Assembly (NCBI GenBank): GCA_035762565.1 | Contig: DASTOJ010000128.1 | Coordinates: 1,451-65,450, forward strand | DNA from: Candidatus Methylomirabilota bacterium | GTDB lineage: Bacteria > Methylomirabilota > Methylomirabilia > Rokubacteriales > CSP1-6 | Length of the DNA: 64,000 nucleotides | Direction of reading: 5' to 3' | Shown here: one piece after another, positions 56,204 through 64,000 of the stretch | Numbering within the stretch: position 1 is the first letter of the stretch | Layout of the letters: every line of letters starts with the position of its first letter | Made by a program: the position numbers and the translations under genes | Notes under the pieces: generated by a model | Seen by the model: only the letters and a program-made list of their open reading frames with translations | What the model was told of the DNA's origin: nothing | The model's database searches: none

Positions 56204-56902
56204 GTGGTGACGCCGGAACGGTTCGCGACGGGCATGACCTTCGACGAGTACGTGACGTACGCGGGCACCCCCGCGAACCTCGCGCGCGAGGCCGGCTGGT
56301 GGCTGGGCCCGCAGCGACGGGACTTCAGCGGCCTGCTCCGCGCGTGGCACGCCCGCGTGCGGCTCAGTGGGGCGCAGATGGACGCGATCCGGTGGCTGGC
56401 GGGCCAGCCCGGCGGGCCAGCCAAGGTCCTGGTGATCTCCGAGGAGTGGTCCTCGGACTGCCGGCGTGACGTCCCCATACTGGCCCGCCTGGCCGAGGCC
56501 GGTGGGCTCGAGCTGCGCATCTTCCAGCGCGACGGGCAGAAAGTGGGCCGGGGGCCTCGTGCGGATCCCCGCGAGTCGCCAAACGCCGACCTGGTCAACC
56601 AGTTCCTCAATGAGAAGGACGACCAGACCTTCCAGTCGGTTCCGGTGGCCGCCTTCTTCACGACGGACATGCGATGCTTGTACCGCTACGTCGAGTTCCC
56701 CGCGATCTACCACAAAGAGCGGCTGTTCAGCGCCATGCAGGTAGCGCGCCCCGGGGAGACCCGCGAGCAGGCGTGGGAGCGCTTCATACGCGACTGGGGC
56801 GCGCTTCAGCAGTCGCCCTTCTTCCTGATGTGGGCGAGCGCCGCCGTCGACGAGATCGTGGCCGCGCTTCACGAGCGCCTCGTCGTGGGCGCCTCCGCCT
56901 GA
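56204..56902 (+). CDS. thioredoxin-fold family protein (no CxxC recognised)
   Basis: 232 aa. The pattern VLVISEEWSSDCRRDVPILARLAE, then SVPVAAFFT, resembles the 'thioredoxin family protein' group. The function is unknown. Confidence 0.55.
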   Translation: MVTPERFATGMTFDEYVTYAGTPANLAREAGWWLGPQRRDFSGLLRAWHARVRLSGAQMDAIRWLAGQPGGPAKVLVISEEWSSDCRRDVPILARLAEAGGLELRIFQRDGQKVGRGPRADPRESPNADLVNQFLNEKDDQTFQSVPVAAFFTTDMRCLYRYVEFPAIYHKERLFSAMQVARPGETREQAWERFIRDWGALQQSPFFLMWASAAVDEIVAALHERLVVGASA

Positions 56903-56906
56903 CAGG

Positions 56907-57361
56907 GTGCGGGTGGTCCGGCGTCGCACGCGCGGCGGGCTCGAGTCGCGAGTGCGGCTCGAGCGCCCGTCACCGGCCCGCCAGCGCGAGTTCCTCCTCG
57001 CGGTGCGCCGCAGCCGTCGGCTGCACGGCGCCTGGGTAGCGCCGCCGGCCACGCACGCCGCCTACCGGCGCTACGTGCGGCGGCTGCGGCGGCCGACCCA
57101 GGCCGGTTATCTCGTGTGCCGCCGCGACTCGGGTGCGCTGGTCGGCGTGGTGAACATCAGCGAGATCGTGCGCGGCCCGCTGCAGAGCGCGTATCTCGGG
57201 TACTACGCGTTCACGCCGGAGGCGGGGCGGGGATTGATGATGGAAGGGCTCGCGCTGGCGTCCACGAACGCTGGGCGCTCCTCCGCGAAGAGTGGCTCAC
57301 GCGCTCGAACCACACAGGCCCCCGGCCCCGCCCGCCCGGCGCGGCGGTGACCGCGCGCTAG
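56907..57361 (+). pseudogene. RimJ/RimL-type GNAT acetyltransferase remnant with internal deletion and frameshift
   Basis: The N-terminal 118 aa match the family (FLLAVRRSRRLHGAWV...GALVGVVNISEIVRGPLQSAYLGYYAF..AGRGLMMEGLALA). At about 57260-57266 the similarity jumps to the family's C-terminal end (HERWALLREEWLT) in another frame. About 55 aa, including the acetyl-CoA-binding core, are missing. Confidence 0.55.
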
Positions 57362-58500
57362 AAGAACTCGCGGGAAGCCAGGCGCGCGCCCTCGGCCAGC
57401 GACGCGAGCTTGGCCCAGACGACGTCGGGATCGACCGCCGCCTGCCCGACCCAGGTGCCGAAGCCGCAGTCCGTCCCCGCGATGACGTTCTCGCGGCCGA
57501 CCAGCTTCGCGTAGCGGCCGATGCGCTCGGCGACCAGCTCGGGATGCTCGATGAAGTTGGTCGTGGAGTCGATCACGCCGGGGATGAGGACCTTGCCGGC
57601 GGGCAGCTTCACACGCTCGAAGACCTTCCACTCGTGGGCGTGGCGCGGGTTGGCGGCCTCGAAGGAGATCCCGCTGGGCCGCGCGGTGAACACGACGTCG
57701 AGGACGTCGGCCAGCGGGACGTCGTAGTGGTGTGGACCCTCGTAGTTGCCCCAGCACAGGTGTACCCGCGCCTGGTCGGGCGGCACGTTGGCCAGCGCGT
57801 GGTTGAGCGCCTCGACGTGCAAGCGCGCCTTCTTGCGGAACTCCTCGACGCTGAGCTGGGCGTACTGGATGTGCCGGCCCATCGCCAGGTCGGGACAGTC
57901 GACTTGCAGGATGAAGCCGGCCCGCGCCACCGCCTCGTACTCGTGGCGCATGGCCTCGGCGATGGCGGCCAGGTACGTCTCGTGGCTGCCGTAGTGCTCG
58001 TCGCGGAAGAAGAGGGAGATGACGCCGGGCGAAGCAGCGGTCAGGAATCCCTCCTCGGCCTTCACCGCGCCGAGGGCTGCCCGGAGGTTGTCGGTGTCGG
58101 CCGCCGCGGCGCCGGCGTCCCGCACTGCGATGGCGCCGGTGCAGGCGGGCGCCTTGCGCCGGGCGCGGCCGGGGTCGCCGAACACGCGCCGGGCCATGCC
58201 AGGGAAGTCGACGAGATCCCGGTACTGCAGAGGGTGGCTGGCGCCGCCGAAGCCGGTGAGGCGATCCTTCACGTAGGTCGCGTAGGAGGGCTTGCTCATC
58301 TCCCCGTCGTTGACGACGCCGATACCGGCGTCGGCCTGCTGACGCGCCACCTCGGCGACGGCGGAGCGGATGCGCGCGGCGAGGGCGGTCGGGTCGACCG
58401 GCACGCCCTCCTCCCTGGCGAACATCATGCGTACGAGATCCTCCGGCCGCGGCAGGCTGCCGGTGTGGGTCGTCAGGAACCGCTCCGTGCTGCGCCTCAC
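57358..58500 (-). CDS. cobalamin-independent methionine synthase (MetE C-terminal domain)-like protein
   Basis: 380 aa. It has THTGSLPRP, VNDGE, VDCPDLA, HLCWGNY and GTDCGF motifs (Zn ligands His/Cys/Glu/Cys). The GTG start overlaps the upstream LLM stop. Confidence 0.8.
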   Translation of the reverse strand: MRRSTERFLTTHTGSLPRPEDLVRMMFAREEGVPVDPTALAARIRSAVAEVARQQADAGIGVVNDGEMSKPSYATYVKDRLTGFGGASHPLQYRDLVDFPGMARRVFGDPGRARRKAPACTGAIAVRDAGAAAADTDNLRAALGAVKAEEGFLTAASPGVISLFFRDEHYGSHETYLAAIAEAMRHEYEAVARAGFILQVDCPDLAMGRHIQYAQLSVEEFRKKARLHVEALNHALANVPPDQARVHLCWGNYEGPHHYDVPLADVLDVVFTARPSGISFEAANPRHAHEWKVFERVKLPAGKVLIPGVIDSTTNFIEHPELVAERIGRYAKLVGRENVIAGTDCGFGTWVGQAAVDPDVVWAKLASLAEGARLASREFF

Positions 58501-59723
58501 GGCGTCGTGGTCGTGGCGGGCGGGTCGGCGTCGAGATCGCGGGCGCCCGAGGTGCGCTGGCGGTATTCGGCGGGGACCTCGCGGCCCGCGCTCGCGTAGG
58601 CCTGGCGGATCGCCTCGACGTTGGGGCTGAAGATGGATTTACGATTGCCGCGCGCCCACTCGTTGGAGCCGCGGGGGGCGTCGGCCGAGCCCTGGAAGCG
58701 GGGCATCACGTAGCGCGCGAACAGCTCGTAGCTCCTGAGCGTCTGCTCGCGGTTGGCCCACTCGTGAGCGCGGAAGAGTACCCCGCCGAAGCCGCCAGCG
58801 CTCAGCTCCCACAGCTTCTGGATCCCGCGCACCACCGTGTCCACCGAGCCCACCAGGGTGGTGCCCATCCTCACGCCGTCGGTGAGCGGGTCGTCGGAGC
58901 GGCCGGGCGGGCGGCCCAGCGTCTCCTCGAAGTAGGTGACCGTCTCGTGCCGCTCGGCCCGCTTGACCTGGCGCATCGCTTCCTCGTCGTCGTCGGCGAC
59001 GTGCACGTTCACGACGAGCTTCCAGTTCTTCCGGTCCATGGTCTTGCCGTGCCGGGCCGCCGTCTCCTCGCCGATCCTCCACTGATTGGCCAGCGCCTCC
59101 GGGCCGCCCGGGATGCCGGCGCCGAGCGAGAGCACGCCAAGCCCGTGGCGGCCGGCCGCGATGACGCCGGCCGGCGTCATGACGCTGGCCACCGCGATCG
59201 GGAAGTGGGGCTCGGTGTAGGGCGCCAGGTGCAGGCGGGCCTGGCGCAGCTCGAACCAGTCGGTCTTCAGCGTGACCGGCTCCTCGCACCTGAGCAGGAG
59301 CATGATGGCGTCGAGCGCCTCGTCCATGCGCGGCCGCTGGGTCACCGGCTCGATGCCCAGCATGTACGCGTCGGAGACGAGCGCGCCGGGACCGCACCCG
59401 AGCATGGCGCGGCCGCGCGTCATGTGATCGAGCTGGACGAAGCGCTGGGCCACGAGGAACGGATGGTGGTAGGGAAGACTGGTGACGCCCGAGCCGAGCA
59501 TGATGTGCCTCGTGCGCTGGGCGGCGGCCGCGATGAAGATCTCGGGGGAGGCGATCAGCTCCCAGCCGGCCGAGTGGTGCTCGCCGATCCACACCTCGTC
59601 GTAGCCGAGGTCGTCGAGCCACTCGATCAGCTCCATGTCGCGGTCGAGCGCCAGCGTGGGGTTCTCGCCCAGCCGGTGGAAGGGTGCCAGGAAGATGCCG
59701 AACTTCATTCCCTTGTGGGCCAT
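58497..59723 (-). CDS. LLM-class flavin-dependent monooxygenase
   Basis: 408 aa. It has MKFGIFLAPFH and LGYDEVWIGEHHS motifs, with a typical TIM-barrel LLM layout. GGAGA precedes the ATG at 59723; the ATG at 59708 is an alternative. Confidence 0.85.
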   Translation of the reverse strand: MAHKGMKFGIFLAPFHRLGENPTLALDRDMELIEWLDDLGYDEVWIGEHHSAGWELIASPEIFIAAAAQRTRHIMLGSGVTSLPYHHPFLVAQRFVQLDHMTRGRAMLGCGPGALVSDAYMLGIEPVTQRPRMDEALDAIMLLLRCEEPVTLKTDWFELRQARLHLAPYTEPHFPIAVASVMTPAGVIAAGRHGLGVLSLGAGIPGGPEALANQWRIGEETAARHGKTMDRKNWKLVVNVHVADDDEEAMRQVKRAERHETVTYFEETLGRPPGRSDDPLTDGVRMGTTLVGSVDTVVRGIQKLWELSAGGFGGVLFRAHEWANREQTLRSYELFARYVMPRFQGSADAPRGSNEWARGNRKSIFSPNVEAIRQAYASAGREVPAEYRQRTSGARDLDADPPATTTTP

Positions 59724-59745
59724 GGGGTCTCCGGTGAGGGTCGGT

Positions 59746-60528
59746 TCAGCCGGCCGGCTCGCCCGCGTTGACCGCGAGCACCTGGCCGGAGATGTTGCGG
59801 GCCGCCGGGCTGCACAGGAAGGCGGCCGCCGCCGAGATGTCGTCGGCCGTGGCCATCCGCTTGAGCGGGGAGCGCTCGAGCATCGCCTTGCGCATCGCCT
59901 CGGGCGTGACGCCGCGCACGCGGGCCTGGCCCGCGATGACGCTGTCGATACGGTCGCCCTCGATGGCGCCGGGGGCCACGCAGTTGACGGTGATGTTGTG
60001 CGGGGCCAGCTCCAGCGCCATGCCGTAGGTCATGCCGACCTGGCCGGCCTTGGCCGAGCAGTAGCCGATGCGGTAGGGCAGGCCGCGCCGGCCCGCCCCC
60101 GAGGAGATGTTCACGATGGCGCCGCCGCCGGCCTTGATCATCTCGGGCACGGCGAAGCGGATGCACATGTAGGAGGAGGTCAGGCAGGAGTTGAGCGTGT
60201 AGAACCAGTCCTCCTCGGTGTACTCCTGCACGGGCTTGGTGGGGCCGCCGTCGCCGGCGTTGTTGACCAGCGTGTCGATCCTGCCGAACGCCTTCACGCC
60301 GTCGGCCACGATCCGCCTGACGTCGGCCTCCCGCGCGGCGTCGCCGGTCACCGCGATCGCCCGGCCGCCCGCCTTCGTGACGAGCGCCGCGGTCTCCTGC
60401 ACCAGCTCCCCCGAGCGGGCGGCGCAGACCACGGCCGCACCCTCCCGCGCGAACAGCGCGCTCATGACCCGTCCGATGCCCTTGCTGGCCCCCGTGATCA
60501 CCGCGACCTTGCCGTCGAGGATGCCCAT
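59746..60528 (-). CDS. short-chain dehydrogenase/reductase
   Basis: It has ITGASKGIGRVMS, NNAG, the S...YCSAKAG catalytic triad region and PGAIEG. Confidence 0.85.
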   Translation of the reverse strand: MGILDGKVAVITGASKGIGRVMSALFAREGAAVVCAARSGELVQETAALVTKAGGRAIAVTGDAAREADVRRIVADGVKAFGRIDTLVNNAGDGGPTKPVQEYTEEDWFYTLNSCLTSSYMCIRFAVPEMIKAGGGAIVNISSGAGRRGLPYRIGYCSAKAGQVGMTYGMALELAPHNITVNCVAPGAIEGDRIDSVIAGQARVRGVTPEAMRKAMLERSPLKRMATADDISAAAAFLCSPAARNISGQVLAVNAGEPAG

Positions 60529-60617
60529 GCGCCGTCCTTGCTCCCCACGCCGGGTGGGGGACCTATCCTATCGCGAATGCTTGACAGCGTCGCGCGGTGC
60601 TGCAACGCTCCCCGGTC

Positions 60618-61209
60618 ATGGGACGGACGACCTTCGATTTCTCGGGGCAGGTGGTGGTGGTCACCGGCGGCGCGCGCGGGATCGGGCGCGGCGCGGCCGA
60701 GGCGTTCGCCGCGGCGCACGCGCGGGTGTACGTCGTGGACGTCGATGAGAAAGCGGGAGAGACCGCGGCCGCCGCGATCCGGGAAGCCGGCGGCAAGGGC
60801 GCGTTCGTCGCCTGCGACGCCACCGACGGCGTGCAGGTCCGCGCGGCGTTCGAGCGGATCCTCGGCGAGACGGGCCGCCTCGACGTCCTCGTCAACTGCG
60901 CCGGGGGGTTCTGGAAGCAGCTGTCGGTGGAGGACACGCCCGAGGAGGAGTGGGACCGCATCGTCGACCTCAACCCTGGACCGGCACGGCGTGACGGCCA
61001 ACGCCGTCGCCCCCGGGACGACCGCCAGCGAGCGGGTCGTGGCCGTGCGCGGCCTCGAGCAGCTGGAGGCGATCGGCAAGGACTCGGCGCTCGGCCGCAT
61101 CGCCGAGGTCTCCGACATCGTCGGGTCGATCCTGTTCCTCGCCTCGCCCGAGGGCGGTTACCTGACCGGGCAGACGATCTCGGTCAACGGCGGCCGCGTG
61201 ATGGTGTGA
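60618..61209 (+). pseudogene. short-chain dehydrogenase/reductase remnant lacking the catalytic Ser-Tyr-Lys segment
   Basis: The N-terminal 119 aa are an intact SDR (VVVVTGGARGIGRGAA ... NCAGG ... EEWDRIVDLN). At about 60974 the sequence jumps, with a 1-nt frame change, to the post-catalytic part (LDRHGVTANAVAPGTT...GRIAEVSDIVGSILFLASPEGGYLTGQTISVNGG). About 55 aa are missing. Confidence 0.6.
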
Positions 61210-61228
61210 CGTCCAGGAGGAGCCAGCC

Positions 61229-61696
61229 ATGAGTGCTGTCGCCGACAGGGAATCGCTGATCCAGAATCTCGACCGCGTGGTCAACGACGTGCTCGGGTAC
61301 TTCGCCGGGCCGGGCTGCGCCAGCACGGCGAGGGTCGACCGCTGGCAGGCCCGCGACGTCCTGCAGCACTTCCTCTACTTCCACGATGCCACCGCGTGGG
61401 GGATCCAGTCGGCCGCGACGGGCGGGCCGATGTGGACGCTGCCCGCCGATAGCGACACGATCAACGAGGTGTGCCGGCGCCTGCACGAGCACGAGAGCGT
61501 GGACGAGCTGATCGGCCAGCTGCGGCTGGCCCACGCGCGCCTGACCCGCGCGGCCCGCGGCGCGCCCGACCTGGACCAGCCGTGCTTCCGCCGCGCCAAC
61601 GGCGAGACCATGACCGGCCGCCAGCGCCTGGAGCTGCTCGCCAGGCACTGGGCCGAGCACGTGCAGGAGCTGCAGGCGGCCGAGGCCGGGCGCTGA
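61229..61696 (+). CDS. DinB/ClbS-like four-helix-bundle protein
   Basis: 155 aa with helical composition. His-containing motifs (DVLQHFLYFHD, ARHWAEHVQEL) are reminiscent of the DinB superfamily. The call is tentative. Confidence 0.4.
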   Translation: MSAVADRESLIQNLDRVVNDVLGYFAGPGCASTARVDRWQARDVLQHFLYFHDATAWGIQSAATGGPMWTLPADSDTINEVCRRLHEHESVDELIGQLRLAHARLTRAARGAPDLDQPCFRRANGETMTGRQRLELLARHWAEHVQELQAAEAGR

Positions 61697-61707
61697 CGGC
61701 CGGCGCG

Positions 61708-62817
61708 ATGCGCGTCGAGAGCGTCGAGGCGATCCCGGTCGAGATCCCGCTGCGGCGGAACTTCGGGGGCAGCACGTACGCGGTCCTCAAGCGCTCCACG
61801 ATCGTCACCCGCCTGCGCACCGACGCCGGCCTCGTCAGCGAGGTGTACAACGGCGACAACCGCGAACACGGCCGCGAGCTGGTGCGCCTGATCCACGACG
61901 TGCTGGCCCCGCGCGTGAAGGGCCTCAGCATCTCCGAGGGCGAGCGCGTCTGGGAGACGATGTTCGCGGTCAGCCACACCCAGCGGGCCCGCAAGCTCCT
62001 GATGGAGGCGATCGCGTGCGTCGACTGCGCGTTGTGGGACGTGGCCGGCAAGGCGCAGGGCCTGACCGTCTGCGAGCTGCTCGGCGGCAAGCGCCGCGCG
62101 CTGCCGATCATCTCCATCGGCGGCTACTACGTGGAGGGCAAGACGCTCGCCGACATCGGCCGCGAGATGGAGGCCTACCGGCGGGCCGGCATGGCCGGCT
62201 GCAAGTTCAAGGTCGGTGGGCTCACGCCCGAGGAGGACGCCCGGCGGGTGGAGGCCGCGCGTCGCGCGGCCGGCGACGACTTCGTCCTGGCCGTCGACGC
62301 CAACTGCGGCTGGCCGGTGGAGGAGGCGGTGCGCTTCGCGCGCCTGGTCGAGCCGCTGGGGATCGCCTGGTTCGAGGAGCCGTGCCACTGGTACGACGAC
62401 GCCGCGATGATGGCCCGCGTGCGGCGGGAGACGGGCATCCCGATCACGGCCGGACAGTCGGAGATCACCAGCCACGGCGTGCGCCGGCTGCTCGATGCCG
62501 GCGCGGTCGACCTCGTCAACGTGGACGCCTCGGAGTGCGGCGGGGTCACCGAGTGGCGGCGCGCCGCCGCCCTGTGCCGCGCGGCGGGGGTGCGGATGGC
62601 CCACCACGAGGAGTCGCAGATCTCGCAGCACCTGCTGGCCGGCGTCCCGCACGGCACCTACGTGGAGTGCTTCGCCGACCCCGAGCGCGATCCCGTCTGG
62701 CAGTCGATGTGGGCGAACCGTCCCGCTCCCAAGGAGGGGCTCATCGACGTCTCGGCCGGCCCGGGCTTCGGGCTCGCCCTCGACCACGCAATGATCCGGA
62801 AGTACCGGGCTCTATGA
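61708..62817 (+). CDS. mandelate racemase/muconate lactonizing enzyme family (enolase superfamily)
   Basis: ORF 61471..62817 is trimmed to MRVESVEAIPVEIPL. It has KFKVGG, metal ligands in AVDANCGW, WFEEP and AGQSE, and the HH pair near the C-terminus. Confidence 0.85.
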   Translation: MRVESVEAIPVEIPLRRNFGGSTYAVLKRSTIVTRLRTDAGLVSEVYNGDNREHGRELVRLIHDVLAPRVKGLSISEGERVWETMFAVSHTQRARKLLMEAIACVDCALWDVAGKAQGLTVCELLGGKRRALPIISIGGYYVEGKTLADIGREMEAYRRAGMAGCKFKVGGLTPEEDARRVEAARRAAGDDFVLAVDANCGWPVEEAVRFARLVEPLGIAWFEEPCHWYDDAAMMARVRRETGIPITAGQSEITSHGVRRLLDAGAVDLVNVDASECGGVTEWRRAAALCRAAGVRMAHHEESQISQHLLAGVPHGTYVECFADPERDPVWQSMWANRPAPKEGLIDVSAGPGFGLALDHAMIRKYRAL

Positions 62818-62820
62818 AGT

Positions 62821-62843
62821 GGGGGGCCCCGAAATGGCCCCCC
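62821..62843. terminator. GC-rich hairpin between convergent genes (intrinsic-terminator-like)
   Basis: GGGGGGCC-ccgaaat-GGCCCCCC is an 8-bp perfect stem with a 7-nt loop. It starts 4 nt after the TGA at 62815-62817. No clear U-tract follows. Confidence 0.45.
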
Positions 62844-62945
62844 CCCAAATGCTCGTCGCGCCCCGGCGGAGCCGTGGCGCGCCTCGATCGTCCGCGAGGG
62901 CCTCGTGATCGCCCCATGCCGTCTGCGAGGGGTCCTGACTGGCAC

Positions 62946-64000
62946 TCACGGGCCCCGGGCTTCGCGGGCGAGCAGGGCGAGGCATGTGGCGACCACGGCG
63001 GCGGCGCTGAGGACGAGCGACCAGTGGACGTTGATGAGGGCGCCGAGCACGCCCACCGTGACGCCGCTGCCGGCGCGGAGCCCCAGGTTGGCGGTGTTGA
63101 AGAGACCCACCACGCGGCCGCGCACGTGCGGCGGCGCCAGCATCTGCACCAGCGTCTGGGCGATCGACGAGAAGGCGATGTTGAAGACGCCGGCCAGCAC
63201 GAGCAGCGTGACGGCGACCGGGTAGCTGCGCGCGACCGCGAACAGCCCGATCGTCACCCCCCAGGCGGCGGCGGCGAGGATGGCCGCGCGCGCGCCGGGC
63301 TGCACGACGTTCGCGCTCTCCAGCAGCACCGCGCCCAGAATGGCACCGCCCGCGTTGGCCGCCAGCAGCACGCTGTACCAGACTCCCGCCTCGTCGGAGC
63401 CGAGGTCGTGCGCGTACTCGGGCATCTGGGCCTGAAAGGCGCTGCCCACGAAGAACGAGGTGGCGCCGCCGAGGAGCATCATCGTCATCAGGCGCCGATC
63501 GGCGCGCATCTGCGCCAGCAGCACCCAGGCATCCCGCAGGTGCGGCTCCGGTCGCGACCGGCCGCCCGGACGCTCGGTGTGTCCGGTGTAGGGGACCCGA
63601 GCGAGGAAGATCGTGAACGGCAGGTAGATGAGGACGTTGGCGAGGAGGCCTCCCGCCGGACCGAGCAGCAGCATGAGCCCGCCGCCCACCGCGGGGCCGA
63701 GCAGGATGGCCAGGTGGCGGCTGCTCGCGTTGAGGCGGATGGCGCTGGGCAGCTGGGCGGGGCTGACCATGTCGTGGATGATGAGCTGCACAGCCGGCGA
63801 GATGATGACGCCGGCGGCGCCGTGGATGAGCAGGAGCACGACCGCGTGCCACACCGCGAGGGTGTCGGTGAGAAAGAGAACGCCCCACAGCCCCGAGGCC
63901 AGCATGAACAGCCCCTGGGCGACCTGGATCAGCTTGCGGCAGTCGTGGCGGTCCGCCACTGCCCCCGAGTGAAAGGAGAAGAGCAGGAACGGCACCCAGT
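62946..64000 (-). CDS. MFS transporter (EntS/MFS_3-like), N-terminus beyond the window edge
   Basis: At least 9 hydrophobic helices are present. The frame is still open at base 64000, and the ORF-track Met at 63995 is not the true start. Confidence 0.75.
   Translation of the reverse strand, partial: WVPFLLFSFHSGAVADRHDCRKLIQVAQGLFMLASGLWGVLFLTDTLAVWHAVVLLLIHGAAGVIISPAVQLIIHDMVSPAQLPSAIRLNASSRHLAILLGPAVGGGLMLLLGPAGGLLANVLIYLPFTIFLARVPYTGHTERPGGRSRPEPHLRDAWVLLAQMRADRRLMTMMLLGGATSFFVGSAFQAQMPEYAHDLGSDEAGVWYSVLLAANAGGAILGAVLLESANVVQPGARAAILAAAAWGVTIGLFAVARSYPVAVTLLVLAGVFNIAFSSIAQTLVQMLAPPHVRGRVVGLFNTANLGLRAGSGVTVGVLGALINVHWSLVLSAAAVVATCLALLAREARGP

Overview
GC-rich (about 70% G+C by eye) bacterial chromosomal window. 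It is densely coding, with roughly 60 credible genes. All functional calls rest on motifs and domain architecture read from the supplied translations. No BLAST, HMM or RNA-folding search was possible, and coordinates of trimmed starts were derived by residue counting from the ORF track.

Many ORF-track entries are over-extended at the 5' end or are antisense shadow ORFs, which is typical of high-GC DNA. I trimmed real genes to plausible starts and ignored the shadows. Many neighbouring genes are translationally coupled through 4-nt start/stop overlaps (GTGA, ATGA, TTGA): 5673-5676, 9482-9485, 14711-14714, 15533-15536, 18687-18690, 19868-19871, 31125-31128, 36343-36346, 37914-37917 and 58497-58500.

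The gene content looks like a large-genome soil diderm: MlaC, many SDR, LLM/F420-type and alpha/beta-hydrolase genes, and TAT signals. The taxon cannot be assigned from the sequence alone.

Main blocks:
- 1-8.3 kb: miscellaneous hydrolases, a Na+/H+ antiporter, a VapBC module, an MFS transporter and a TauD-type dioxygenase.
- 8.4-12 kb: operon of an LVIVD propeller, an SBP56 (methanethiol-oxidase-like) protein, SCO1/SenC and a cupin.
- 14.1-15 kb: a small helical protein paired with a minimal nucleotidyltransferase (TA-like).
- 16.6-24.3 kb: a translationally coupled catabolic operon (Gfo/Idh/MocA, IPMDH-like, class-V PLP enzyme, CUT1-type ABC binding protein plus two permeases, amidase).
- 25.7-31.4 kb: a P450 immediately downstream of a 1115-aa zinc-ribbon/class III cyclase/P-loop/TPR protein, next to a DUF1778-GNAT (TacAT-like) TA module with a perfect operator palindrome.
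- 34.9-41.5 kb: a two-subunit hydroquinone-dioxygenase-like pair heading a Liv-type ABC importer operon.
- 42-64 kb: mixed metabolism, including YcaQ, LLMs, DUF222-HNH, aroC, HpaB plus an intradiol dioxygenase, a CHASE2 cyclase, an orphan reductase with a fused thioredoxin-like/Rieske ferredoxin, MetE-like, SDRs and an enolase-superfamily enzyme.

The 42-61 kb stretch also contains five gene remnants that each keep N- and C-terminal ends but lack the catalytic middle.

No rRNA, tRNA, CRISPR array, transposase or integrase was recognised.
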